Assembly (NCBI GenBank): GCA_977020255.1
Contig: CDROCS010003470.1
Location: 62,001-126,000 of the forward strand
From: Obrimoposthia wandeli
Lineage: Eukaryota
Length of the DNA stretch: 64,000 nt
Direction: 5' to 3'
The notes under the pieces are model-generated. The model was not told the origin of the DNA. It did not search any database and was given only the letters and a program-made list of their open reading frames with translations. Positions within the stretch are counted from its first letter, which is position 1; each line of letters opens with the position of its first letter. Shown piece by piece: positions 1 to 10,294 of the stretch. A program made the translations under genes and the position numbers.

Positions 1-1468
1 TTCCAATTTCAGTTACAAAATTATCATAGTAAACAGTTGCATTATGTGAAATTACTCAAGTTTTAGACTCATCATTGACATTTTTAAACTGCACTGTTGC
101 GCCAAATTGAACCTTAGCCTGTCCTAATTTAGTCACTTCTGATTTTTTAAGACTTTCAATATTTGAATTTACACCTACGTTTAATAAAATTTTATTTCCT
201 AATAGCACCTTAACTATAACATACTTATTATTTAGGTGATACTCTATAGTAGCACCGTTTTCCCTAAGTTTCTTTGGTAAGACCTTATTAAGAAATTGGC
301 CTTGCCTCTTTCTTCCTACTGTTGCTGACAAACCTCCCACTAATTGAATGGGAAGACAACTATTTATATTAAACGATATCGGTGCTGCTGAAGTTGAGGC
401 AATCGCAGCTGATGTAGAAGGTGCTGGTGTGAATGGAGCTGCCGCAGATGATGAGGCGATAGCGTTTGTAGGTGCAACATTTGAGGTTGGGGTCACTCGA
501 TATGCAGTAGCTGATGTCATTGAAGCTGACATTGCTGGCGGGGAAGAACGGGCAGCAGCTGTTGAGACCAATGATGCATCTCCTAAAAGAAATATATTAA
601 AAATATATATATTTATTTTAATTATTACCTCTAAGGCGTGCAAAGATCGATGTAGGCACTAGCGATGGAGGATACATGATTACCACAGTCGACGAAGGAA
701 TCGGTTGTCTCAAGGTATTTCCTGGATTATATATATATATATATATTTAATTACAATTTTAAAAAATAATCAGAAAAATAGTAATAAAAAAATACCTGAT
801 GAAGCTGAATCAACTGTAGCTGGTTGGAAGTCTTCTTCATTGACAGAATTCATCCAGCTGTCGTCTGTTAACTCAAAAAAGTCTGATTCTTCGATGGCCT
901 CCAACCAGCTGTTGTCGCTCTACTGAGGCTGCTCCATCTCGAAATCTGACTGGGTGATATTTTCCATCCAGTCATTGTTCGAGAGTTGGGTTTCTGGCGC
1001 CAATTCCTCAAAGTCTTCTTGGGAGATGACGTTCATCCCCTCATTTTTAGTCATTTGAGTGGATGAGGCAGCTGCAGAATCGAGAGACGGGAGAGAAGAA
1101 CCAATCGCAGGACCGTAAATAGGTTGAAAGGTTGCAACTGGAATAGGAGCAAGAGCTGGAGTGACCTGCGAATCGCGCACCAATTGCACGATAGCTCTGT
1201 TCTTGTTGTTGGCCGTGAAACAGGACAAGTGATCTCGATGTTCATTGAAGAAGTCTCGAAAATCCTTGTCCTTCATATTTCTGTAGAAGGGGTAGACGAA
1301 GAATAGAAGCCCATTAGACTTTGTCCGATAGTAAGCGGACATTATCTCCATACAGGACTCTCCTCCATTCGTAGCCGAAACACCACAATATGCTGGAAAC
1401 AGGTTACACGTAATCTAAAAATAAATATTAATAAAGAAATAAAATATATAGCTTCTTACCATATTCAT
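1..1468 (-). pseudogene. Spliced gene (exons 1468-1460, 1414-796, 721-629, 582-<1), likely the 5' part of a protein-primed DNA polymerase B (terminal-protein side); in-frame TAG 920-922 and TGA 56-58
   Basis: GT-AG introns 1459-1415 (45 nt), 795-722 (74 nt) and 628-583 (46 nt) join ORFs 920..1351 and 56..643 into one frame. C-terminal IQLVGG...NGATIEYHLNN...IESLKKSEVTKLGQAKVQFGATVQFKNVNDESKT*VISHNATVYYDNF resembles, by eye, the region preceding the GSGW/exonuclease part of arthropod Polinton-type pPolB. The frame stays open past the TGA to the window edge. Confidence 0.6.
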
Positions 1469-1504
1469 TATTTAAAAAATCGGGGATTGAAATGTAAAAA
1501 GTGT

Positions 1505-1690
1505 TTGCTTATATACTAAATTTTATGCACACATGTTCTTTTCTTATTGGATGAAAATATTGAATTTATTCTTCCACTGAGAAGGATTGTTTATATGTTA
1601 TTGGTTGATAATATTATTTTTAATATATTTTATTCCTACAATTAAAAAGATTGTTCATTTGCATTTAGGTATTTTGTTATTGGCTGAAAA
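1505..1690 (-). promoter_or_regulatory. Pol II promoter of the pPolB-like gene: TATA box, three CCAAT boxes and an octamer
   Basis: On the minus strand: TATATAA at 1515-1509, about 40 nt upstream of ATG 1468; CCAAT at 1550-1546, 1604-1600 and 1683-1679; ATGCAAAT at 1664-1657. Confidence 0.5.
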
Positions 1691-1870
1691 TTTTAATTTG
1701 TAAATAATGAATTTCTCCAATTAGAATTATTGTTTATCTACATGTCAAGTAATAATAAGATAGTGAAGGAGGCCTTCGTGAGAGATAGAAAAAATGTAGA
1801 GGGAAGAATGAGGAGAGATATGAACAAAATAACTAGATAACGATTTATTGATTAGATCATAATTTTGCAT

Positions 1871-2344
1871 TCATATTAATGTAAACATAGGAAACATAAT
1901 AAAATGCATAAAAAACACAAGGTAATGAGGGTGAGAAAAGGGTAGGGTCACAACAGATAGACTTAAACATTTTTTATATGCACAATGGTCACCATGATCA
2001 CGATATGGACAGCAAATATTTCGTGGAATTTTTAATTTTTAATCACGTGAAATATTTAAGGTATTCAATCTCAATTTTGGAAAATAATTTTTTAAAGTCT
2101 TATACTTTTTGCCATCCAATTCATCTAAATAATAAAAAATTCCGTTTTCAATATCAAAATTAGATTTAATTGTATCGAAAATACATATTTCACAAAAAGC
2201 CTTATGTCTTTCTTTCCATTTTAATAAATGAAAATAATTAGTTAGATATAAATTAGTAAATTTTTTCTTATAATCTAAACTCCTAAACGGGATATCTACA
2301 TGAAAAATGAAATAAAAATGATGGAAAACGTCGCATATATCCAT
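1871..2344 (-). pseudogene. Unknown small protein (101 aa ORF, extendable through TAA 2039-2041 to about 157 codons) with Cys/His clusters
   Basis: ATG-initiated ORF MDICDVFHHF...HKAFCEIC...; the frame continues after the TAA as KLKIPRNICCPYRDHGDHCAYKKC... to TGA 1871-1873. Co-oriented with its neighbours. Confidence 0.45.
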
Positions 2345-2814
2345 AATACATAATTATTTTATAATATAATCTCCATTTATGTTAATGAAAGTCTATAATA
2401 TATTCTTGCATAATTACCCAAATATGTAGTGAATCCCTTTGTTTACAACGAATAAAAATAAAAATCCATTAATCAAAATTTATTATAATATCAAAGTACT
2501 CAGGATTTCTTTTTCTCGTTAGGATTGGTACATATTTTCAATTCTCCTAAGAATATTAGAATAAATTATATTAAATGTAAACCTACCTAAATATTTCGAA
2601 AGTAAATTACATATTTTATCTGCAACAATTTCCGGAATATCATTTTTCGAGAATTATTTTTTTCATAATCTTCCATTAAATCTGAATGTATAATTTATTC
2701 CAATTTATTTTATCAGCCATGTTCTAAAAAATATAATAGATACAATTGTTTATATTTAGTATGCTTATGTAAAATATTTAGACAATTATGTAACACTATA
2801 GATAATCAATAAAG

Positions 2815-3126
2815 TCAAAAAGGAAAATAATTTTCAAAATTATCTTCAGGTTTAATCTGAAGGATTCTCTTTCTTGCAGCTTGCTGATTGTCCTCCATCT
2901 TCACTCCTCTTTTTTCAGCTAGTTGCCTTTGCTCCAATTCAATCTTCCTATTCCACTCCACTATCCGCCGTCGCTCTGCTAGACGCCTGTCTTGAATCTC
3001 CACCCGACGATTCCACTCGGTCACAACAGCAACGTACAGATTCTGATTGAGGACCCTCTTTCTTAAATCTCCTTTCTTATCATTTCTTCTGATGTTTTCT
3101 TTTATTTTCGTCACGTAACTCTGCAT
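2815..3126 (-). CDS. Intact 103 aa SERTA-domain-like protein with a duplicated charged helix
   Basis: ATG at 3126. N-terminus YVTKIKENIRRNDKKGDLRKRVLNQNL resembles the SERTA pattern K-(x)n-DLRRxVLxxNxL. Tandem repeat VTEWNRRVEIQDRRLAERR / IVEWNRKIELEQRQLAEKR. Ends YFPF*. Confidence 0.55.
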   Translation of the reverse strand: MQSYVTKIKENIRRNDKKGDLRKRVLNQNLYVAVVTEWNRRVEIQDRRLAERRRIVEWNRKIELEQRQLAEKRGVKMEDNQQAARKRILQIKPEDNFENYFPF

Positions 3127-3291
3127 TTTAATCAATTAAATTTTTTTTATTTATGAAAAGGTAAATAAATTTGAACATATATATATAAATTTAAAATATT
3201 TTTAATCGAATCACATTCAATTAAATGATATATTTTTATTTATCAAATGAGAGATTATAATTTAATAAATCTATAACTAATCATTGCATTT

Positions 3292-3977
3292 CTATATAAA
3301 TAAACTTATATTTTTGAAATTAAAGAAATTTAAAGACATTTTGGGGAAAGGAGTATTTTCTCCCCATGTCTTCTCAATTATCTGGGTGGATTCCTGCAAC
3401 AACAAAAAACATTAATAAAATTTAAACATATAAATAATTTACCTCAATGACAGGCAGGTTAGCTTGTTTCACCAACTTGTCCTTCTTCCGATGGACCGTA
3501 TGGGTTTTGACCAGATGGCGTCACGGTTTCCTAACCGCCGCTTGCTTTTTATCCACCGGTTGAATAGGTGTCGCCTCTTCGAGAAAGTTCTCCACCTATG
3601 TGAATTATTAAATTTAATATCTAATTAAAAAATAATTTACCTTAGCATTATCTGGAGATGCTAGATATTAGAGCTCACTCCTTGGCAGCTCCTGGCTGCA
3701 TTGACTCGCCAAGTGTTGCGGTTCTATGAACCTCTCTGCCGTGGTCACTGACGGTGCCAAATCCAGTTGAAGTTTCTTAAAATGAAATTAAAAAACATTT
3801 AAAATAAATTAATAGGCTAACCTCATTCGTTGCCGTTATTCTCTTAACAGCACGTATCAAAGATTGCGGCTTTCTGGGCGGTTCAGGCCCCGTATTTTCT
3901 GCTATCGAAGTTGGAGTGAGACCATCCCAATCGTCAGTGAACAGGCACCATTCGTCCTCGTCCAATTCTGCCACCAT
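3292..3977 (-). pseudogene. Four-exon gene (3977-3822, 3775-3641, 3595-3443, 3393-3292), about 181 codons, acidic/aromatic N-terminus, unknown function; in-frame TAA 3668-3670 and TGA 3521-3523
   Basis: Three phase-0 GT-AG introns of 46, 45 and 49 nt, with the first three exons 156, 135 and 153 nt (all multiples of 3). Exons are GC-richer than the introns. Confidence 0.7.
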
Positions 3978-5779
3978 CGACTCGTTTGAAATTTAGAACA
4001 GAAGATTTACATATTTCGATTTTGAATTGGCCATATTGAAGTCCTGTCTTCAACACTTATGAGGACATATGGAAATTAATCTTTCAAATCGTTTACAATA
4101 GCAAAGTATTTCGATCGAATGCAAATATTTTTGGAAGCAGTAAAATAGCCGTTCAAAAATTAAACACAAAACGAAATTATTTCAGACTCTAAAAAAGGAT
4201 ATTTAGTTTTATTTTCTTGTGTCCACAATTTTTCTAAATGATTTAATTTTGTAATAAATAAAATCATAATTTAAAACGAAGTTTGTTGACAATTATTCAT
4301 GTAAGCTAAAAATGTGTGGTTAAAAATTTTGTCGACCAGTATATTATTAATTTTATAATATTTATAAACATTTCTTGTCGAAGTCCCAAAAAGATAACGC
4401 TAGTAATACTATATGTAAATCTTTGTAGATTATAATAAATGTATAAAGCAAGAAAATACGCTAAAGATAATGAAAATGGAAGGAAAAGGAAAATCTCAAA
4501 TTTGATATCAATATTTATTAAGATATTCTTAAACGGTCAGAAACGAGGTTAAATAGTTACAGTATAAAAATTGAAAAAGTGTAAATGTAAAGCAAAAAAC
4601 GACGTATTGTTAGAGACTCTAAAGTAAATAATTTATTTGTTAAAAAGTTAGCAAGATATTTCTTGGTCGTTAAAGATTTTTAAAAATCGTTGTGTGACCC
4701 TCATTTATTATGAATTACTCTTTTTTTTTATTTCGTAAAATAAATGCACTTTAAAATGACAAACTGTCCTGTTTATCAGCCTCACTTCATTGAGATTAAA
4801 AAGGAAAAATACTAAACATATATCATTAACAGAAAATATTTTCGCAATTTATTCTCCTTTCAATTTCATAATAACAACAAAAATCCAATGTATCTAATAA
4901 AGTAAATGAAAAAATAATTCATCTGCATTCTTTTTGAAGTTTAGCTGAGTATTAGGAGTCAATTTAGTAATTACTGAAAACATACTGAAGATACTACTCA
5001 CAAATACACTTTGTTTGATCCTCAAAGGTGATTTAATTGTAACTTTGTTCCTTCTTCATAGTTAAGGATACTTTTAAAATATTTGTATCATCAAAAATCC
5101 TCAAAAAGCATCATTTTGTCTCAACTGTCTCAACTACACAATTTGAAAATTTAGATAATATTATTTTTATCTTTTTTCTCTTCATCAACTTGGAATTATT
5201 AACGCGGAAAGAAATATGGATATTTTCGTAAGAATCGTCAGAAATCTTTATGCAAAGTAGTATTTCCATATTACTGTAGTTCATGTCAGTATTACTGTGT
5301 TCGGGTGTGGAAATTTTATTCAGTCTGCAGATAATATTTTATTCTAAAAGAAGCTAGAAATTACAGAAAAATAACACTACAGAGCAGTAATTAAAGTTAT
5401 ATATATTTTTTTAAATGATCACTAAATCAACGTGGATTTGTTACAATGTTTGATAAAGTTGAAGTGATTAGAGAAAAAGCTTTCTTTTTAAATTTAAGTT
5501 ATTTAGGTTGAAAAGCGGTTTTAAATTAAAACTAAAAGTCCTCAAAAATAGGGTAAGGACATAATCGCAACTGGGCATCTCTGAATATTAAGTAATCAAG
5601 TTTTATCAATTTATTATTTATAACTGTAGAAAACAGAGAAATTTTGAACTAAACAATAACTTTTTTTCGTGTTTCAATGTATTAAATAATTAAAGTTTTA
5701 AACGAAACTGCTTTCCAAAGAATTTTTGCTAGCACAATTTATGTAATAGGTTATATTAAAAAATAATCACCTTCATTTG

Positions 5780-6120
5780 TTTACAAATGAACGAAAACGT
5801 TGTATTCAATGCCCATCTCGTGTTAATGACTGCTGTTCAAATGTGGAATGTGTATGCAAAACATTTTCTATAACCCCATTAATAAATCATTTTATCTTTC
5901 CAATACTTAAAAATAGATCTTTGTTGTTTACATTTTCTAAAGACAATATATATATCGCCCACAAATGAATTATTTAATTACTTTTTTGACATCAAATAAA
6001 ACATATAAAATGAACATTTAAAAAATCTGGTTCTCCATCTATATGTTTGATACAATCTGCATGTTCTGTAGATACAAAACAACGAGTATCCATACACATT
6101 TGCATTATATTGTATTTTTA
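5780..6120 (-). mobile_element. Possible Penelope-like RT remnant
   Basis: Degenerate CMDTRCF...KHIDG (cf. C...F.F....QIDG) and VGDIYIVF (cf. YVDDIF). Weak. Confidence 0.25.
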
Positions 6121-6599
6121 TTGTCTATTTACTCTTTTAATAGATATATTTAGCAAATATTAAGCATAGATATATCGCCAATTTAATATTATTTACATAT
6201 AAAGAATACCGCTCACGATTTTACCCTAGTAAACCTTACTCACTTGTACAACAATTACAGTGTAATACATAATTTCATGATATTTTAAAATGTTTTGTTC
6301 TTGTTCTGTTTTCCTCAAATCTTTTCCCTAAATGTTCCCATTTATTTGATATTTTTGTGTGTAAAAATGAAATTATGTTCCGCTACTTCTTTAAATAATA
6401 TAGGCCTGCTGCAAACATTTTTTTCCGATTAACAAGTAACATATATTTTAACTAAAACTTAAGTATCAATGTATCCATGAAGCATGTTGAATATTTAGCC
6501 AGTGTTACCAATGGTGCCTTACACTTTACGCACTTTATTTTGTATAATAATAGAGACTATTAAAGCCTGAATCTATGTCTACTCGTCTCGCCTGACTAA

Positions 6600-6730
6600 G
6601 TGATATACTGAGCTCTTCCAATGTTTCATAATTAATGTCTACCTTGATCAAAGGTTTTCATAATAAACTCTCCTTTGGCGTCCAAAAAACTATGGCTGAC
6701 TGTTTACGATGTGCAATAAGTCCATGTTTA
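6600..6730 (-). mobile_element. mariner transposase fragment
   Basis: With one frameshift reads KQSAIVFW-DAKGEFIMKTFDQG, matching the mariner VFWD.KG motif. Confidence 0.45.
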
Positions 6731-6949
6731 ACAACAGTACAAAGTCGATATTTGACGCCACTACCTACCCTCATACATCGCCTGCAATTTCTATACGATT
6801 TTTGCATTCAATACATTTACCAATTCGACTAATATACAACGACAATTATATCAATGGCAAAAATATATTTAATATAGTGCTAATATCTGATAAATCTATG
6901 ATTTATTACTTAAAAGCGCTTTCTGTTTTCCATTATTCTTCTTAATATT

Positions 6950-7400
6950 TTCTAATTAGTAAAGTATTTAGCTGCTTCTTGAATTTTTCAATTTTGTCAC
7001 ATTTTCAAATATTTATCAGAAGATTGTTGAAAAAATTCTGACAATAAATTTCAAAATTTTCATCACTGTATTTGTTATTAGAGAATTTCTTCACCAACCC
7101 GATGTCATCATTGTTGATCCTAAGATGCATATACATGCTCACTAGGCTCGAGAAGAGCTTTTTTGACAATAAATATGATCTTGAATAATGACACTGACTG
7201 TTTTAAATTAATTCAAATAGTTATTTCATTTTTAAGATTTACCATTTTAGAAAATGGTGATTTTATTATCAAACATTTTTGTTTCATCAGCATTAATATA
7301 TTTTTAAGTGATCACTGCGATTGATGAAGTATAAATCGAAAATAAGATTGGACCTAGAATCGAATCCATAGGAAAGTGACATTTTAAGTATTCAGGATCT
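6950..7400 (-). mobile_element. LINE (CR1/L2/Jockey-like) ORF2 remnant
   Basis: SILGPILFSIY...INADET (cf. GSILGPxLFxIY...YADDT), and a downstream C-terminal-like FNNLLINI*KCDKIEKFKKQLNTLL. Confidence 0.5.
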
Positions 7401-7849
7401 GAGACAATTTAAAGGATAGTTTACATAAAAGTAAATATATAATAAATACATCTAAATAACTTATTGTAGTCAAAACACGAAAAACAAGATGGTGATTATT
7501 TATTAGAATTCTGATGGACACTAAAACACATATTATTAAAACAACCGTTTGTTTATTGTTAATCGACTTATCCCCACCAGATCATAAGAATCTTAATCGA
7601 AAACGTAGTCTTGGTATCTTATTGGCCATCGTGTGGTTCTCTTCTCATTCAGTTCTATGTTTCTTCTCGTTTCTACTCTTTGTTTGATTTTCTTAAATTA
7701 AGGAATACTCATTTAATCTCTTCATCGTATCATCATTACGTATTCGTATATCTGATTCATGCTTCGACAGCGTGTTCATATTGGTAGAAACTTGATATTT
7801 ACATGATGATATGATGTCCATTATTGTTCCTTTACTCCACCTTTCTGTA

Positions 7850-9170
7850 CATATTTGGTGTTGGTTGGGTTTTACTCAAACTATATATCCCTTTTTGAAC
7901 TTTGTGTTTATTTCTTCTGTATCATTCATTTTGGCAGGTTCTTTTTTGTATCTGAGTTTGGTCTGTACCTGTATGTAAGCCATGTGGGTGGTTGCATCTG
8001 CTGGCCAGGAATATTGTTAATCCAGTATAAAGCGTCTTGTATGGTTATTTCTCCTCTATATGCTATAGATTTAACAGTACGGTGGTGTCTTTCCACGATT
8101 CCATTTCCACTTGGTCGATTTACAAATCTATATATTGGATCGATTGATCATTTTTCCAACAGCGATTTGAATTCTCTAGAATGAAAACTTGTGAAAATAT
8201 CTACCAAGATTTCGGACAGTGCTCCTCTTTCGTAGAAAATTGATTCCAAATTGTTTAACAATCTCGTTGCTGCTTTCATAAGTCTTCATAAGGCATATCG
8301 CGAGGGCCCACAATCAATAAGTGTGAGATACTTCGTTAAGTCTACGGCCAGTCTAGTCCAATTACTATCGATGTTAAGGTTGCCTTAATCGTCTGGTTTT
8401 CGTAGCCATGATGCATCTTCAATGCTGCTTTCATCAACATCGATTCATACTCCAACTGCCCGTATGCTAGCACCACACCAAATTGTTCCTTTAGAACTTG
8501 TTACGTTCCACTTACCTGTAGCAGGATCAATTTCTTCCATTTTCGTGATCAGCCTTTTCAATTTATCTTCAATGTTCACTTGCACTTTATCATCCCGATT
8601 TCTGCAACATTGTCTCCTTAGGAATGCACAGGCCACACGGATCCAACTTACTATTGGGTAATGTTCAATAACTTGTTCACATGGAATACAAATCTCTTTT
8701 CGTTATATTTTCGATCTGACGTTCTGTAAAATTGACGTTTGATCTTTCCCACCATAGTATATTATTCACTTCTTTGACTGTCAATCATGATACTCTTACT
8801 TCGTTTGATTCATACAATTTTTCTGTTTTTTTGGACAGAATCCATACTTTAAAAAATGTGATGTAACCGTTTCCACTTTCACTTTGGTTTCATCGACGTA
8901 TAAGTCGTCTACGTATACATCAGTCGCTGCTTGAATGTCGGTATCTAATGACAATACTTTATCAACATCAGCTTTCATCACCATTGGAACAATATTCAGA
9001 CCAAATCCCATGCTCTTTTGAAAGGCCTGATGACAAATTATATCCAAGTAGCTACTGGAAACTAGACGATATAGTGACTGTGACGCTAGCTTTGAGAGTC
9101 AATTATATGTATTCAGACAAACATTTCAACCCCCGAGACATCCTGAATCCTTTTCGTCAGATAAATTGAA
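7850..9170 (-). mobile_element. Decayed Gypsy/Ty3 LTR-retrotransposon pol (RT, partial RNase H, integrase)
   Basis: RT MGFGLNIVP...DVYVDDLYVDE; RNase H DPATGKWNV...EDASWLRK; integrase WTRLAVD...YLTLIDCGPSRY...FYERGA...PSGNGIVERHHRTVK. Stops and deletions present. Confidence 0.85.
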
Positions 9171-10294
9171 TTTTGAGGAAAATATTATTTTTCCAGGAAG
9201 ACAATTAAAAATTCTATAAGATAGATAATTGTCAATGAACTTTGGAGAAAATCGAATAGTTTTGTGTTGAATTGGCCTTTGTGTAGTCTTAATTTAAACC
9301 TCACAGAAAATGTATGTAGTCAAAGTCTTTGATGGAAAATTCTTTAAATAAAATGAGTCAATTAAGGGTCAAAAGGTCTTTAACAACAAAAACGAGAAAC
9401 ACCAAATTATCAATTAATATAAAAGTTATAAACATCGATTAATGTGATTTTTCAGTAAAATTGGATGTTTGTTCAAATAAGATTTGTTTTTGAATGGTGA
9501 AAGATTTTTACCAAATATTTTAAATCACTTTCGTTAAAATGATCGTTTAAAAAATGAGCTAATCTAAATACATTTAAACAGGTAAAGCCAAAAAAATATA
9601 TCAAATATTTAATAAATATTATGTTTTATTATCTAAATATAAGTGGAAAATTTGACGCTGAGTACATGCTGTGTCCAATATTTTTTAGACAACTGGAAAG
9701 AGTTCAAATAACATGAATCCTAAGAAACTATTTAATAGTTATGCTATAATTTACTTTATAATGCTAACATGTTTTAAAATTGCAATAATGAGCCACTTTA
9801 ATAAATTTTACAATTTAGATTGGTAAAGGAGTAAATTGGGATTTATTTTAGAAAGAATAGGTTAATTAGAACTTTTTTATAACATTGATCTATTTAGAAT
9901 AAACATCTAATATTGTAAAATAGAGAATGCCGATGAATAAATATTGAAATGAAAATGAAAAAGAAAACATCGATAAATGGTGAAATGAAGATAAAAGTGT
10001 ATATTTTATGGCTAAGACGTTAAAGAGACTTTCGACAACAATTGCAAAATATAATAAAGCCCTTTCTTCAAGAGGGAAATAAATGAATAAATGCTGATGC
10101 TAAACTTAAATCAGGAAGATAACTTGAGGTTATATTAAAAAGTGTATCACAAAATATAAAATGTCTTATAGAAAAAAAATCAATTGCAATATGAAATTGT
10201 TATCACAAATCACAGATTGTAAAGTTCCAAAGCAATCTGAAATAAAACAAAGAAAGAAATAGCTCCTAAATTATTACATGATAAGGTAAAAGGG

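Larger units (their letters stand above)
1..4050 (-). mobile_element. Right-hand part of a Polinton/Maverick (adintovirus-like) endogenous viral element: four compact co-oriented genes, truncated by the window edge
   Basis: Dense head-to-tail minus-strand genes with 45-74 nt introns, unlike the rest of the window. The last gene ends in a pPolB-N-terminus-like domain. No TIR, integrase, capsid or ATPase gene is visible in the window. The right boundary is approximate. Confidence 0.5.

Noticed and set aside
340-374. Possible extra 35-nt GT-AG intron in exon 4
   Set aside because: Removing it shifts the frame into an early TAA, while the unspliced frame is open and pPolB-like.
348-662. 104 aa plus-strand ORF, and ORFs 705..926, 1051..1245 and 1124..1306
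   Set aside because: Antisense or alternative-frame shadows of the spliced minus-strand gene.
56-3670. Alternative nuclear genetic code (stop-codon reassignment) suggested by repeated in-frame stops
   Set aside because: All three stop types occur, at positions implying different residues (Leu, Arg/Trp, Gln/Glu/Lys). The same pattern appears in clearly dead transposases (MULE, hAT at 40 kb, Gypsy), and the two host exons contain no stops. Point-mutation decay is simpler.
4000-5600. Right TIR of the Polinton-like element (for example TACTACT near 4992)
   Set aside because: Cannot be tested without the left end, and such short motifs are common in AT-rich DNA.
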